64,000 nt of DNA from Felis catus (taxonomy: Eukaryota): positions 806,001-870,000 of the forward strand of contig NC_058383.1 of NCBI RefSeq assembly GCF_018350175.1. Direction: 5' to 3'. The notes beneath the pieces are model-generated. The model had not been told where the DNA came from and made no database searches. It saw nothing but the letters and a program-made list of their open reading frames with translations. The position numbers and the translations under genes were made by a program. Positions within the stretch are counted from its first letter, which is position 1, and each line of letters opens with the position of its first letter. This document shows positions 22,963 to 36,088 of the stretch, one piece after another.

Positions 22963-23919
22963 GTTGTGCCCAGCAGTTCCCCAGGGTCTGTTCTCTTCGT
23001 GGGGATGAAGAGTGGGAGAGGCACGGAGGGGACAGGTGGCCGTGCCAATCGGTCGTTGGGAGCCGTGTGCTGTCCCGTGACCGGGAGCTCCGGCGGGCAG
23101 CGCGGAGATCTCGTGCCCGGGTACCCCGCTCTGCAGGTGGCTCCTGGCCTGCGTCTTAATCTGAAAATGGCCTGTCACAATTCAGTGACGTTTCATCTCA
23201 GTAGGGATTTGCTTTGCACTTCCTGTCAACACTGATTTGAAAAGTTCAAGTCTGATGTAAAATGTCTCGAGGTCATCAAGCGGTTAAGAGTAGCTGCTTC
23301 TCTGTCCGGAACCCTGAAGAGAGTCTTGTTTATTTGGTATGTTCTCAAGGAGAGACCTGTCAGTCCACTCTCCCCACGGCTGATGTTTATTTTCTTAGGT
23401 TCCAACATGCGTGTTTATTCAGTGTTTAGATGCTTTGGATTGAAATCTTTCAAATACGGGTTGCCCCTTGCCCTAACAACCTGCTGTTCCCTCACGTCTC
23501 TGGTCTCGACCAAGAGCCCCCTCCCCACTCAGTACCAGAGTCAAGGCGTGAGCCCATCTCCCCTCCCTCACTGGTGCCGCTGGCCTCCAGCCTGGGCACC
23601 CCCAAGGCCCTGCGCGGAACCTGGTCCTGCCGTGCCCCTGGGCAAGCCTGCCTCTTGTCTCTAAGCGCCAGCGCCCCCACGCTGGGCCTCGGGGGAGCAC
23701 TGCCCCCCCCATGGCCCCGCCCACCACCTTCCCCACCCACCTTTCAAGTCACTGTCTTCTCACACCTGATGGGGACCAAAAGGAATGTTAGTGGAGTGAG
23801 TGACCCTTTTCTCAACTCTGGTTTGGCCTGGGGAACATCACTAGTTTTCATTGTGATGTGTTGATAACATGGGAGGACGCTCAGGTGACAGGGCACAGTT
23901 TGCACCTTCTCTGCACGGC

Positions 23920-24540
23920 CCCTGCTTGCCCCCAGCGTGCCCCCCACCTTGCCCACCGCTTGCCCCCCCCCCCCGCTTATTCCCGACTTACTCCCGCTTG
24001 CCACCAGTGTGCCCCCCAGCTTGTCCCCAACTTGCCCCCAGCTTATCCCCTGCTTGTCCCCGCTTGCCCCCCAACTTGCCCCCCAGCTTATCCCCCGCTT
24101 GCCCCCAGCGTGCCCCCCACCTTGCCTACTGCTTGCCCCCCCGCTTATTCCCGACTTACTCCCGCTTGCCACCAGTGTGCCCCCCAGCTTGTCCCCAACT
24201 TGCCCCCAGCTTGTCCCCAACTTGCCCCCAGCTTATCCCCTGCTTGTCCCTGGTTGCCCCCTGCCAGTCCCCAACTTGCCCCCCAACTTGACCCCCAGCT
24301 TATCCCCCGCTTGCCCACAGCGTGCCCCCCACTTGCCCCCCAGCTTGTCCCCTGCTTGTGCCCCGCTTGCCCCCAGCTTGTCCCTTGCTTGACCCCCAGC
24401 TTGTCCCTGCTTGTCCCCCACCTTGCCCCCCATTTGTCCCCCGCTTGCCCACAGCGTGCCCCCCAGCTTGTCCCCAGCTTGTCCCCCAGCGTGTCTCCCA
24501 CTTTCCCCCCACTTGTCCCCAGCTTGTCCCCCAGCTTGCC
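23920..24540. repeat. C-rich minisatellite (about 11-12-bp units such as cttgcccccca and gcttgtcccc)
   Basis: Tandem degenerate units; a higher-order block repeats at 23976 and 24144 (168-bp period). Confidence 0.9.
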
Positions 24541-25673
24541 ATGCTTGGAGTGTTTGTACCTGCTCAAGGAGCATTGGCGTCCTTCATTGATTCCTCAGTC
24601 GTTGCTTGTTTTTTGTTTTCTTGACCATAAAGTTGGGATGACTTCAGTCACGTCCCGCTGGCACAGTTATGACTGGTCTGTTCTTGTTGGCCAGGTGAGA
24701 ACTCTGTAGATGGAAAGGGTGAATGGGAACTTGGCCCGTTTTTTGCAGACGGGACGGGAATAGTGGGAAGGGTTGAAGCGCGTCCGTCTCGAGGGAGCTG
24801 GACTGGATCCGTGATGCACCACCGACAACAGTCCAGCTGTCCCCGTGGGCAGAACGTTTGTGGGTGAGCAGAGTCCCATCAGGTAGCATGTGCTCCTAGC
24901 TGAGGCAGCCTGAAATACTGTCACCACCGCGGGGCGAGAGGACCGTGAAGTCCTTGATAAAACAGTGGCGAGCTCCTTTGCCTCTGACTTAGTTCCTTCT
25001 CTTGTGGAGAAAAGAAATGGTAGCTAAAAACAACAAACCCACAAACAAACCCAAGAGTCCGTTTCAGTGTAGTACAAATGACCAAATTTTACGCATTCTG
25101 GGCTCATCTTATTAAACTTAGGTTATAAATTAGCATACGTACAGATTTCACGGGTTCGTCTTACACCGTTTTCCAGTATTTACCTGTGTGCAGTGTGAAC
25201 TGCAGTTTTCTGGGGTTCACCTGTGCTGGAAAACTCTTCTCATCTGATGCAACTGTCTGTCTCTCATCTCTCGTGTTGTGAGCGCGGAGGAGAGCTCATC
25301 TGTGCAGCACTTTGTCCCTTTCCTCCCGGCTGCGCTCCGCAGCCTGGTGGGGAAGTGCTCCCGCCAGGTCACGTGTGGCGCCTGGCTGTGTGTCGCACAC
25401 TGGGAGCGGCTCACACGGCAGGAGCTGTCCGTGCAGTGTCCCCTGAGAGTCGCAAGGCGTCCACACGTTCGCTCGCATCTGGAGAAGTGGGACTGTGTTG
25501 AGCTCCGGGGTTCGGGGTGGGGTGAGGACCCTGAGGGACCCCAGGATGCCAGGCCGTGACCGGGCGCCCTCGAGTGTTTGGGGTTCCGTACAGAAACGAC
25601 TGCCAGGTCTTGGCTGCTTGTTAACGCCCCTCTACCATGTGCTCACTCCTGTTCCTTTCCAATCCTTTCCAAG

Positions 25674-25760
25674 ACTGACTCCGTGACCTTCCACCGGGAG
25701 CACGAATCGCGAATCTCAAACCTAGAGGACGTTCTTGGAAAGCTGACAGAAAAATCCGAG
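25674..25760 (+). CDS. SUN1: SUN1 coding exon 14 (TDSVTFHREHESRISNLEDVLGKLTEKSE)
   Basis: tttccaag acceptor, GAG|gtttgc donor, 87 nt. Confidence 0.92.
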
Positions 25761-26897
25761 GTTTGCATTCTCGACCTTTCACTTGTGGCCCCAGCAGTGA
25801 GAGGACATCGGGGTCGGCCCCGGTTGTCCCGCTCCTCAGCCTTTAAAGTGCCTCTTTTAGGGGGCTTGCTGTTGTCCTTTGTAAAACAGAAAAATCTTTC
25901 TCACTGTTGCCTCCCACCCCTGGTAGCTCCCTTTCATCGCGTTAGCGTGTCTGCCTCACGGACTCCGAGGTGTCTGAGGGGGCCCTGCGCTCAGGTGGCA
26001 GCGGGGGGACCGAGCTGTGGCCGGCTCTCCAGGTTCCAGGGCCCCTCTTTCTTCTCAATGTCCCACAGCCTCCCCCAGAGTGACTGTGTCTGACAGACCA
26101 GATTAATTTTCTGGTGGAAGAGCTGTTATTATCAGGTATTGGTGAAGGCAGAGGAGGGAGGCCAGGATGTTTGCAGTGATCTGAGCCAGCAACACCATGG
26201 GGCGCTCAGATTCAGGGTCAGCGGGCACCTTCGGACCCAGCGTGAGCCGTGGTGCAGCCCTGGGGGTCTTGGGGCAGCTGCCGTGTTCCTGCCCAGGGGA
26301 GCCAGGCGAGCTCAGGTCACCCGCTGACCAGGGTGTCTGTGGCACTGAGGAGAGGTGGGCAGCCGGAGAAGGAAGCGAGAAGGCAGGGACGGCCTTCGCT
26401 TCGCTCTGTGCCGGGAGGACGCCCCCCCTCCGTTCGGTTACAGTTTGAAGAGGCGCAGTTCTCGACTCGCTGTGGTCTCGTTAGCTCCCGCGTCTCTGAA
26501 CGGACCCTGTTCATCATCACATCTTTGTGTGTGTATTTGTCATTTCCTTATCCTGCCACGTTCAGAAAAGACTTGCCAGAGGTGGTGGCAGTGTTCCACT
26601 CCTTGTCCTGGGTGCCGGTTACGGGAGCTGCTTGTTTGGAAAATCCATCAGGCTGTCCCATGTGACGGGCACCGCTCTCTGAATACACATTGTGTGTGTG
26701 TTAATAGTTTTCTTTGAAAAAATGAACATCCCTCCCCTGCCAGCTAGCAGGCAGGTCTGGGCTTTGAACTAAAGGGAAAACTCACAGATAAATATGTGTA
26801 GTTTCATATGGAAACACGTGGTTAATTGAGTGTCTCATCTATAAAATGCTAGTATGTAACTCTTGTATATAAACAGATTTCTTTCTCTCACTTTTAG

Positions 26898-26941
26898 GCC
26901 ATCCAGAAGGAATTAGAACAGACCAAGCTGAGAACAGCTAG
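26898..26941 (+). CDS. SUN1: SUN1 coding exon 15 (AIQKELEQTKLRTA)
   Basis: ttttag acceptor, TAG|gtagga donor, 44 nt, phase 0 to 2. Confidence 0.92.
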
Positions 26942-28020
26942 GTAGGATAATTTTGAATAAATTAAAATTTTGTCTTCTGTGTTTCCTTGTTGTGTGGGAC
27001 AGAGCGGTCATTGGCAGGACCCCGTGTGCACCTCTAGTTACTGGGCTTTGTGGGTGAACACATTCCCACGGCATCTTGGTAGGCGACCCTTGGCGGCACT
27101 GACGACAGAGAGGCTCCCTGCGGGGCCCCGGTAGGAGGTGGGCTTCTGGGCCTGGACGCGCACCGCCTCAGCAGCTTCTCCTGCGGGCCGCCCCTGGCCG
27201 TCCAGGACCGCCCTTTTGTAAGGGGCCTCCTCACATACAGGACGGGGGTGCTGTGCCACACCTCTGGGCTGTGTTTTGGCCGCCTAAACACCCTGTCCCC
27301 AAGCAGTTTCTGGGGGCATGCTGTTGGGGTCCTCACTGCCCCGGCCTTTTCTCTGGCACCTTTATCGGCTCCCCTGGATTCTTCTGGAAGTACGCCATTC
27401 CCTTCCCTTGATACGCTCGAAGCTGCACGTCGTTTTCCACACCCTCCAATTTTATCCATGTGGTCCCTGTGCAACCCCCCCCCCCCATTTGTGTTTGTGA
27501 CATGACACTTGTGCCCTTCTGTCCCTCCTGTCACTCCTGTGGCTCCACGTGGGGGACCAGACGATGAGTTCTAACTTTGCACCTTCCTGTCTCTGGCTCT
27601 TAGATCCCGTATCACTATTTTAGACCCCATATATCCTTCCGTCAGGATGGATATGAGTGTTAACAGCACATCTTAATTCCATTTCAGAGCCTGTATTTCC
27701 ACAAGAAGGTTTGTTGCTATGCCAATATGTGGATGCTAAAATGGTTTTCCCGGACTCTCCTGCCTGGAGACATGTAGTGTTGGTGGCTTACCAACCACAG
27801 CTGCCTCTAAGCAAATACAATATCACAATATTTTGCGTCACAATTTACAATTTCTACATAAAAATAGGAATTACTAAGACAAACTCTGAAGCCGTACGTT
27901 TTTCAGTTCAGTTACCTGTTCCATTAGCATGAAAATTTCATGTTCAACATTGTAATGGTTGTTGATAAATTTGTCTGATTTTAGATGTCTTTTTTATAGT
28001 TTTGAGGAGATAGATACAGG

Positions 28021-28241
28021 TTATTTATTTATTTATTTATTTATTATTCTTTTAACGTCTGTTTATTTTTGAGGGAGAGAGAGTGCCTGATGGCGAGCGG
28101 GGCAGGGGCAGAGGGGGAGGGAGACACAGAATCCGAAGCTGTGCTGACAGCTCAGAGCCCAATGTGGGGCTCGAACTCACGGACCGTGAGATCATGACCT
28201 GAGCTGAAGTCTGACCCTTAACTGAGCCACCCAGGCGCCCC
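28021..28241 (-). mobile_element. SINEC_Fc-type SINE
   Basis: (ttta)n tail, reverse-complement head. Confidence 0.9.
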
Positions 28242-28581
28242 TATTTATTTCTTTTAGAGTTGTGGGTTTTAAGTACTAAGTAGTTTTGAGAGCTTTCTCC
28301 TGCTCCTGACAGCCGCTGGGAGTAAGTAGCATGTGTTAGACGTCTTACCCGAACACCAGGGCACATTTGTGTGTTCATGCGTGCACTGCTGTGGAAGAAG
28401 GTCTCTTTGGGATTTGACTTGAAACTTCTAAGTTTCCATGTTAAGGTGGGACAGGTCGCTGTGTTTACAGTATTGACTTGTCTGTGGGGTTGTGGGTCCC
28501 TCCACGTGTTTATCGCATGCGTTTACTTTAAGCATGTGCGACTGGGGACGCCTGACTTCCTTCCTCCTCCCGATTTCCCAG

Positions 28582-28717
28582 CGGGCTTGAGGAAGAGCCG
28601 CACCTCCTTTCCATGGTTAAGCAGCTGGAACTGGAGCTGGGTCATCTGAGATCAGAATTGTCCAGGTGGCAGCATTTGAAAACCAGTTGTGAGGAAGTCA
28701 GCACGATACACGGAAAG
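28582..28717 (+). CDS. SUN1: SUN1 coding exon 16 (GLEEEPHLLSMVKQLELELGHLRSELSRWQHLKTSCEEVSTIHGK); GC donor
   Basis: ttcccag acceptor; AAG|gcaagt donor gives 136 nt and the phase 0 that exon 17 requires. Confidence 0.87.
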
Positions 28718-28799
28718 GCAAGTTGTAAAATGTTTTATCGTAGAAAATAAAACACTATAGTTGAACTTTTATGTTCATGAACTTCAACTTTCTTTAGAA

Positions 28800-29011
28800 C
28801 TTTTATTATATCTTAAGTTATTTACTTATGTACGTATTTATTTACTTTGAGAGAATGTGCAGAGGAGGGGCAGAGAGGATCCCGGGCAGGCCCCATACAG
28901 TCAATACTGTGCAGTGCAGAGCCTGATGCAAGGCTTCATCCCACGAACCATGAATGAGATCACAGTCTGAGCTGAAGTCAAGAGTCGGACGCTTAACCGC
29001 ATGAGTCACCC
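28800..29011 (-). mobile_element. Older carnivore SINE
   Basis: gagatcacagtctgagctgaagtcaagagtcggacgcttaaccg. Confidence 0.8.
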
Positions 29012-30388
29012 TACATCTGAAGTTTTAAACCTTTAAGATAGCATTTAACATTTAACATAAAATAGTTAATATTCAGCTCTCCTGGAATTTCCTCTAGCAC
29101 ATTAGCACCTAGGTGTGCGTCTGTCCACACTTTGTGTGCAGGTGGCCACGTGCCAATGTTGGTTTGGGGGCAGGCCATTTTGTACGTCTTTTCACCAGAG
29201 TAGATTCGCACGGCACTCTGACGCTTAGCTTCCTGTTGCCATATATCCCGGTGATGTTTCAGGCCCCAGTTTCTTTATGCAAAAGAGGAAATCCAGACAT
29301 TTATGCTGCATGAAAATGGAAAAAGAAACATTTGAATGGCAAAAGCTATCGTAAGTCAGAGTCGGACAGTAGATTGGGAAAAAGTGTCTGCGATACAGTT
29401 GATGAAATCATCTCTGCTCTGCAAAGAGCTCCTGGCATTGGCCACAGCAAAGACAGTGGGGACGTGGGCAAAGCATGTGAGCGGGTCACTCGTTTCCACT
29501 CCTCGGGTTTGCAGACAAAAGTGAACACCTGTCCTTCGGCCTTCAAAGTGGCCGCGAGAGGGAGGACAGACCCACCCCCACCCCCCCAGCACTGACTCGG
29601 GGAGACGGCTTCCTTGTGGCTGGTGGGACTGGGTACCTCCACCCTCGTGGGGGAGATCTTGGGATATCAGCCAGTTACACAGATGCATATTCCGAACCTG
29701 GCAGCAGCCCGCTTGGGGCCCTCGGCAGCAATGAGAGCGACAGGCAGACGGAACCACAGAGGCCGTGAGGAGCCTTGCAGGGTTAGTGCTGGAGGGCTCG
29801 CAGGGCTGGAGGCCGTGGCACATCTGTGGCCTGTGAACGAGGGCCGCCGTTCACGCGGGAGCAGGGTGTCCCTAGTGCGGAGCGCTGCGGAGCTGTGCGA
29901 GGGGCCAGGTGGGCCTCCCGGCCTTGCTGTGGGACTCTGTGCTTTCTCCTGTGCATCCGTCCGTGCCGCATCCATCACAGAGCCAGGGCGGGTAGAGCGA
30001 GAGCACAGGGCCATTTCTGGCACATGGAAAGTCACACGTTTGTTGTTTACGTGACTGCTTCCTTACCGCACCGAGTTTGCAGAGCGGGGGCTCCTTCCTC
30101 TGTGCACCTGACCCATGAGTCACTCCCCCAGTGAGTGCCTGCTGAGGGGTGCGTGCAGGGCGACCACGTTGGAGGAGCCTCCCTTCCCTCGGCCCTCCTA
30201 TAACGTATTCCAACGCTTTTGGAGAGCTCCTCGAGTTTAACGTGAAGGGAGAAAGTTGTCACAGTTACGTTATGGGTTTTGGAGAAGGTTTGTGGTCCTT
30301 TCGAGGTGTTAAGGTGACAGAAATGAAGCTTTTAGATGGTTTGGTTAAAACAGTAAGTTCACGTTCTGCTTACTAATGATTTTACTAG

Positions 30389-30640
30389 GTGGACGCCCAA
30401 GTCAGAGAAACTATCAAGCTCATGTTCTCCGATGAGCAAGGCGGTTCTCTGGAATGGCTGCTACAGAAACTTTCTTCCCGGCTCGTCAGCAAGGGTGATT
30501 TGCAGGGTTTGTTGCGGGATTTGGAGCTGCAGGTGCTGGAGAGCGTCACCCGCCACACTTCTGTGACACAGCGGGTCTCCGGCCCTGAGACCGCACCGTC
30601 TGCTGCGAATGAGGCCGGGGCTTCTGGGATAACGGAAGCG
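30389..30640 (+). CDS. SUN1: SUN1 coding exon 17 (VDAQVRETIKLMFSDEQGGSLEWLL...SGITEA)
   Basis: tactaat branch point plus tactag acceptor, GCG|gtaagt donor, 252 nt. Confidence 0.94.
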
Positions 30641-31088
30641 GTAAGTAGGCGATGGGAAATGTTTGAGGCGTGTATCGTGATGGAACTGATGATCTGGTTA
30701 CCGAGCTGGCAGATCCTGAGGTCTTACCCGACGAGGGTCCCCCAGGGATGTGGTTGTGGTCGCAGAGGTGCTTGGCGCCGTGTGGGGTGCGGAGAGGGTG
30801 CCAGCTCGGCGGGCTGTGGCTGCTCTCGATGCCGGTCAGCCGCTGCCTGGGGGCCTCGTCTCTGGAGCAGTGACCGTCGTGGCTGTGTGTGAGCCCCGGG
30901 TCAAGGGTGGTGCCGTCCCACCTCCACGTGGCGGCCCTGTGGTCTGGCGCAGGGCTGACACTCCCCGTGCCTGTGAATTCTGCTACAGTTAACTGAAGAT
31001 GCCTTTCTAGTAAGACATCGGGCCTTCATTTCTCTATCGACACCTGAGCCTTGTTTGGCCCCCACTAATGCACGTTGCCTCCGTCCAG

Positions 31089-31173
31089 CAAGCGCGTGTC
31101 CTTGTGAACAACGCCCTGAAGCTGTATTCCCAAGATAAGACCGGGATGGTGGACTTCGCCCTGGAGTCTGGTG
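31089..31173 (+). CDS. SUN1: SUN1 coding exon 18 (QARVLVNNALKLYSQDKTGMVDFALESG)
   Basis: gtccag acceptor, GTG|gtgagt donor, 85 nt. Confidence 0.95.
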
Positions 31174-31881
31174 GTGAGTAGACTGAACACGGTGGTCACC
31201 TGCTGGCGGGCTTGCAGACGCGACCGCTGCTACCTGCCCCGATTCCATGTGGCCCTGAACCTGCTAGAACTAGGTAGTCCCCGGTGCTCTTGATTTAGCG
31301 TGTGGTCAGGTTCTCCCACAGAAGGCCGGTGTTTATGCTCACACGTCCATGGGCGTGAGCCCGTGTACCTGTGGGCATCAGCAAAGTCCCAATTTGGGGG
31401 CATTTGAGTAGCTTTTAGGTTTTTCTAGCTACATCAGAGTTTACTGCCACAGAAATATTGCTTAAGTATTTGCGATGTTTTGCATTGTAAGGTGTGTTTT
31501 TTTTTAAGTAATGAAGTACAGTAATTGATACCAGAAAAGTGGTTTTTAAATGGTTTCCGAGAGCACTCGATACGTGAACACGTGTTGTTTAGGTGTCCAG
31601 TGAGCGATGTTTAAATGCCTGCTGCGTGTGAGGACTGTTCTGGGTCCCGGCCCTACGGGAGCTGTCACTCTGTAGGGGACACAGATGACAGACAGGAAGT
31701 AGCCAGTGGTACCTGTCCGTGAAAACGGCTGCTGAATACGTAGAGCGACGGGGATGCTGTTCTGGTTCCGCAAAGACATCAAGGAGAAAATTGTGGTCCA
31801 TTAAGTCGGGGAGGTGCTGCGTGCCCGCGTGCCCAGGCTCAGGGCCCGGGTGTATTTGGAGGAACAGAATTGCGGTTTAGT

Positions 31882-32017
31882 GGGGCACCCGGTGGGCTCT
31901 GTTGGTAGATCGTGGGACTCTTGATCTCCAGGTCATGAGTTCAAGCCCTGCGTGGGGCTTCATGCTTCGTGAGGCCTACTTTAAAAAGTGAAATTAAATT
32001 AAAAAAATTAACAAAGA
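31882..32017 (+). mobile_element. Short old carnivore SINE
   Basis: ggggcacccggtgggctc...actcttgatctc...gagttcaagccc, A-rich tail. Confidence 0.75.
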
Positions 32018-32299
32018 ATTTAAGAGGATTGTGGTTTGGTGAAGTGGTTCGCACGCTTCCCGTCACCTGCCTCCTCAGGGACGTTCGGGACAGCGCCTGG
32101 ATCAAACACAGAGCGTCTCTGTGAAGAAATGGGCCTATATCCATGCCACACGAGACAGGTCGAGACTCCAGGTGACATGATGTCTGTTCGGGGAAGGTTT
32201 GGCCACAATGTGTGTAAGAGAAAATCTTAGTTTTCTGAGTTTTTAAAATGTAGGAATTGCAGACCAAGGGTTAGCAGACCAACATTTTCTCTTAGGAGG

Positions 32300-32448
32300 T
32301 TCTTTTTTAGAGCGAGGGTGTGCGCGTGTGGTCTGGGGCAGAGGGAGAGAGAGAGAATCTTCAACAGGCTTCACACCCACACAGAGCCCGACGCGGGGCT
32401 CAATCCCATCACCCTGGGACGCTCAGCCGACTGCGCCACCCAGGTGCC
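32300..32448 (-). mobile_element. Carnivore SINE, internally deleted
   Basis: AG tract, cgcggggctcaatc, gactgcgccacccaggtgcc. Confidence 0.8.
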
Positions 32449-33354
32449 TGAAACAGGGTCTTGCCACGCGGTAGACAGTGCAAGCGTCGGGGAGCCCTGC
32501 ACGGCAGCAGGGACACGGTTTACCCTAACCCAGCCCTTGAGGAAACCCGAGCGCCGCCCCTGGTCAGGAGCCTGGTCCCCGCTGGCCCCGCTGCAGCCGC
32601 GGCCGTGACGCCGGCCGTCTGTGTCTCTGCAGCGGCGCCGCGTGCTGGCCGGGAGCCTCTGTTGCGAGCAAAGTCCTCCACGTTCTTCTGGTGCTGAATG
32701 GGAGTCAGGAAGGCCGTCGGCTCTTCTGTGTGTGTATTTTGTTGAGAATGACTGTTCTAGAATATCGTGATAAACACGTTTTTGAAATTCAGTGATTTAT
32801 GAAGAAACTATTTGCAATTCTGAGACATCAAATGCTCTTCTAACCATTCAGCTGGGTCATTGTTTTCTTAGAAGCATAACTAATCCTTACAGATTTGTAT
32901 GTCATTAATTTGGAATTTGGGCAGTTTTGATGAGGTTGAACTGAAGGTTCTGTCACTATGCAAGGCACTTGTCGACTCTATCTTTTACGGTGTCTGTACT
33001 TAAGGACGCTTTTTGTTTTCAGTGAGAATAGGATGTTTAAAGACACAATACAAAGGTTCAGAAATTCAAGTCTGTTGATCAGTGAGGTCGGAATCACTTT
33101 CTCTTCTTTTTTGAGTTCCCAGCGCCCAGGTCTGCCCCCCACAGTCAGGGGAAGTGCCCGCATGTGCGCGCTTGTGTAGGTGTCCTGAGGGGTTTGATGG
33201 ACAGCCACACTCGGGAGCCACGGCCTCTTAGAATACGAGCTTGTATTTGCATTTGTATGACGTTTTAATTTGTTGTTCCCCACGCCAGCTCATGTGCCTT
33301 GCCACCAACATCCTGTCTGCCCTGTTTCCTGTTGAGGGGCAAACTGGACCTTTC

Positions 33355-33610
33355 TTTTTTTTTTTTTTTAACACTTCTTTTTAATGGAGATACAATTCAC
33401 ATAAGCTAAGCTTCACCCTTTGAAAAGCGTCTGATGTGGCGGGTTCGTGGTCACTGTGTCACTGTGTCGTGCAGCCGTCTCGCTCCAGAATATTTGTGTT
33501 ACTCCAAGGAGACCCCTGGACCTGGTAGCACACGCTCCCCCCCCCCCTCCACCGCCACCGTTCCCTGAGCAGCTGCTGATCGAGCGTGTCCCATCGCTGT
33601 GGCCTGTCCA
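33355..33610 (-). mobile_element. L1M 3' end fragment
   Basis: gagatacaattcacataa...ttcaccctttgaaaag...ccagaatattt. Confidence 0.55.
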
Positions 33611-33943
33611 CAGTAGGCCCTCTGAGAGCAGACGCACGTGCGCACCTGTCAGGCAGCTCTGGGGCCTGTTGATTTGTCATTTATTTAGAAAGAGGAAAAA
33701 AAGCTCGTTGAGAGTCGCCGTAGTGCAGACAGGGGGGGCTTCCCTTGTGTCCTGAAGCGGCTGCAGACTCTGAATGCTCGGCTTGGCAGAAGAGTGAGCG
33801 AGCCTGGGGCCCATCATAGAGTAGACGGTTCCCTGTGGACACAGAGAGCTGCACGTGAGCCCCCGTGGCGGGGACGGGCCCCCCGTGACCGCTTTCCCGG
33901 CGGCCGGTGCAGACACCCAGGCAGCTCCGACCTCTGCTTTCAG

Positions 33944-34059
33944 GTGGAAGCATCCTGAGCACTCGCTGCTCAGAGACGTATGAGACCAAGACCGCACTGA
34001 TCAGCCTCTTCGGGATCCCGCTCTGGTACTTCTCCCAGTCCCCCCGCGTCGTGATCCAG
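33944..34059 (+). CDS. SUN1: SUN1 coding exon 19 (GGSILSTRCSETYETKTALISLFGIPLWYFSQSPRVVIQ), SUN domain
   Basis: tttcag acceptor, CAG|gtaagc donor, 116 nt. Confidence 0.97.
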
Positions 34060-35599
34060 GTAAGCCGGCCGGCCCGGGGTCTGCGCACAGCCCCCGGCAC
34101 CACCCCGATACCTCCAATCCCCTCGCTGTGCTCGTGTGCCCTCGTCCGCGAGTCTGTCCCCGCAGTCCCTGCAGTGGCGATGCTCCGCTGTGGCCGCGCT
34201 CACGGCCGAGGACCTTCCCTCGTGAGACAAGCTCGCGCTTTCTCGGTCTTTAAAGAGGCAGAGCAGGTGGACACGGTCGCACCTCAAGGAAGGTGCCTCC
34301 GCGGGACTGAGCCCCGGGGGCCTGGGGGGCCCATGCTCACACAGCATTTGCGGCTGCCTCTGTCCGGGGTGTCCGCGGGCTGCCCTCAGCACACGCTGCT
34401 GCTCCGCGCCCATTTTACGCGGTCCGTCCCAAAGACTCAGGGGAGGAATTTCAACTGTATGTTGGTTTCCCTTCAGTTCTGAAATGCTGCCTTGTGTTAA
34501 TGACAGTTTTGAAGAAAGGTCCAACGATTCCTTTTGTGGGAACTGTGCGCAGGATAGCTGTCTTTCACTTGGAAACACATCCAGTCTTAGAGAATTCGTG
34601 AATTACCGTGAACGTTTAAGTATCGGTAAACTTAACATTTCGGAGCTCGGGTGCTGTCCTGGTAGCCTGGCTGTGGTCTGGTGCGCGGGACCGGCTTCCC
34701 TTCGGTCCTGAGTGCGTGTCGGGCGGGGTGCCCATCGCTGCGGGCGGGTGGACTCCACGGCGGGCGCGCACCCCCAGGCGCGGGGCGGACGGCCGCGTGC
34801 CCCTGCACCGGTTTGTGGGTGCTCCCGGGACCCCGGCAGGTGCTGCCTTGGCTGCAGGGTGGGGCCGTTTGCCATCATAACAGTTCAGAGGTCTTGATGT
34901 TCCTGTCGTCCCCCCGGTACCACACTGGCCCACGGCAGTCGTGCCTGCTCCGCCGACTGGATCGGTGGCACTCTGTGTTAGGCGTGCGTGAGGAAGGGAC
35001 TGCTCTGTGAGGAGCACCCACACGGGAACCTGGACGGGGAGGCTGCATGTGAGGCACTGGTGCCTGCAGACACAGGACCGGCTCCTACCTCCACAACCAA
35101 GGCAGGGCAGCCGAGAGAGTGTCCCCCAGCCCCCCAGGGCTCAGGCCCAGACCTTCTTGTAGAGGGCACAGCCAGGGCTCACTGAATGGTGCCACCCTCC
35201 AGGGTGCTGGGGAAGCTGTTCCCAGTGAGGGCACCCTCCGTGCACAGAGCTTAACCCTTGAGGTCCCAGTCCATTTGCACAGGGCAGGTACAGAGGATAG
35301 ATAAATCAGGAACGAGGGATCAACCAAAACTGAGTACAGGCGTGAGCAAATACACAGGTGTCACTGTGTCTGTCCCTTCCCCTCCTGCTCCAGCTCACGA
35401 GCAGCTGCCTGCCAGGGACCCTGCCTCGTTCACTTGGTGCTTTCTGGCCAGCACAGTGCATGCACCAGGCCCCCCGTCACAGGCATGGTGGCTTCTCTCA
35501 CAAAAATATCCCTACGCCTGTGTCGTTTTGTATTTTGCCAGTGTATCATAGGGACAGCAGAGGGTAGCTGGGTCAGAGGGTAGATGCCAGGACGGGCTC

Positions 35600-36060
35600 T
35601 GCTGGATAGCGCCAGGTTACGGAGGGGCACGTTCTAACTGGCGTGTGTTAGAGTCGACGCTGCCCCCGGTTCAACGACAGACACTGTCAAACCCGTGCAT
35701 TATTGTTGATCCTTTCGGTGAAAAAGGGTAACCACCTGTCGTTTGAATTTGTATTTCTATTGTTATTACGTAGCATGCAGCATCTTTTCATATGTTTGAG
35801 GACCATTTAAATTTACTTCTTTTAAAAAATGAGTTTGTCTTGTCTATTTTCGTTTAAGGCGCTGGTTACCTTAACTTTCATGAAACTCATTAACATACTG
35901 GAGATCGTCACCCTCTGGCGTTTAAGTTGCGAAGGCCTTTCCGCATTTTGTCTTTTGATCTTGCTTATGATGGCTGTTTACCGTGTAGAAGTTTGTTTAT
36001 TACTACATCGGTATTACTAGTATCTTGTCGTTGCTGTGTGTTAAGTTTCAGATTGTCAAG
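35600..36060 (-). mobile_element. Old L1ME-like fragment
   Basis: tttgaatttgtatttct...gcatcttttcatatgtttgaggaccattt. Confidence 0.5.
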
Positions 36061-36088
36061 ATACGTTCTTCAGGGCTCGTTCAACCTG

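Noticed and set aside
23744..24709. Long Pro/Gly-rich ORFs (up to 283 aa) on both strands
   Set aside because: Translations of the C-rich minisatellite; no splice or codon support.
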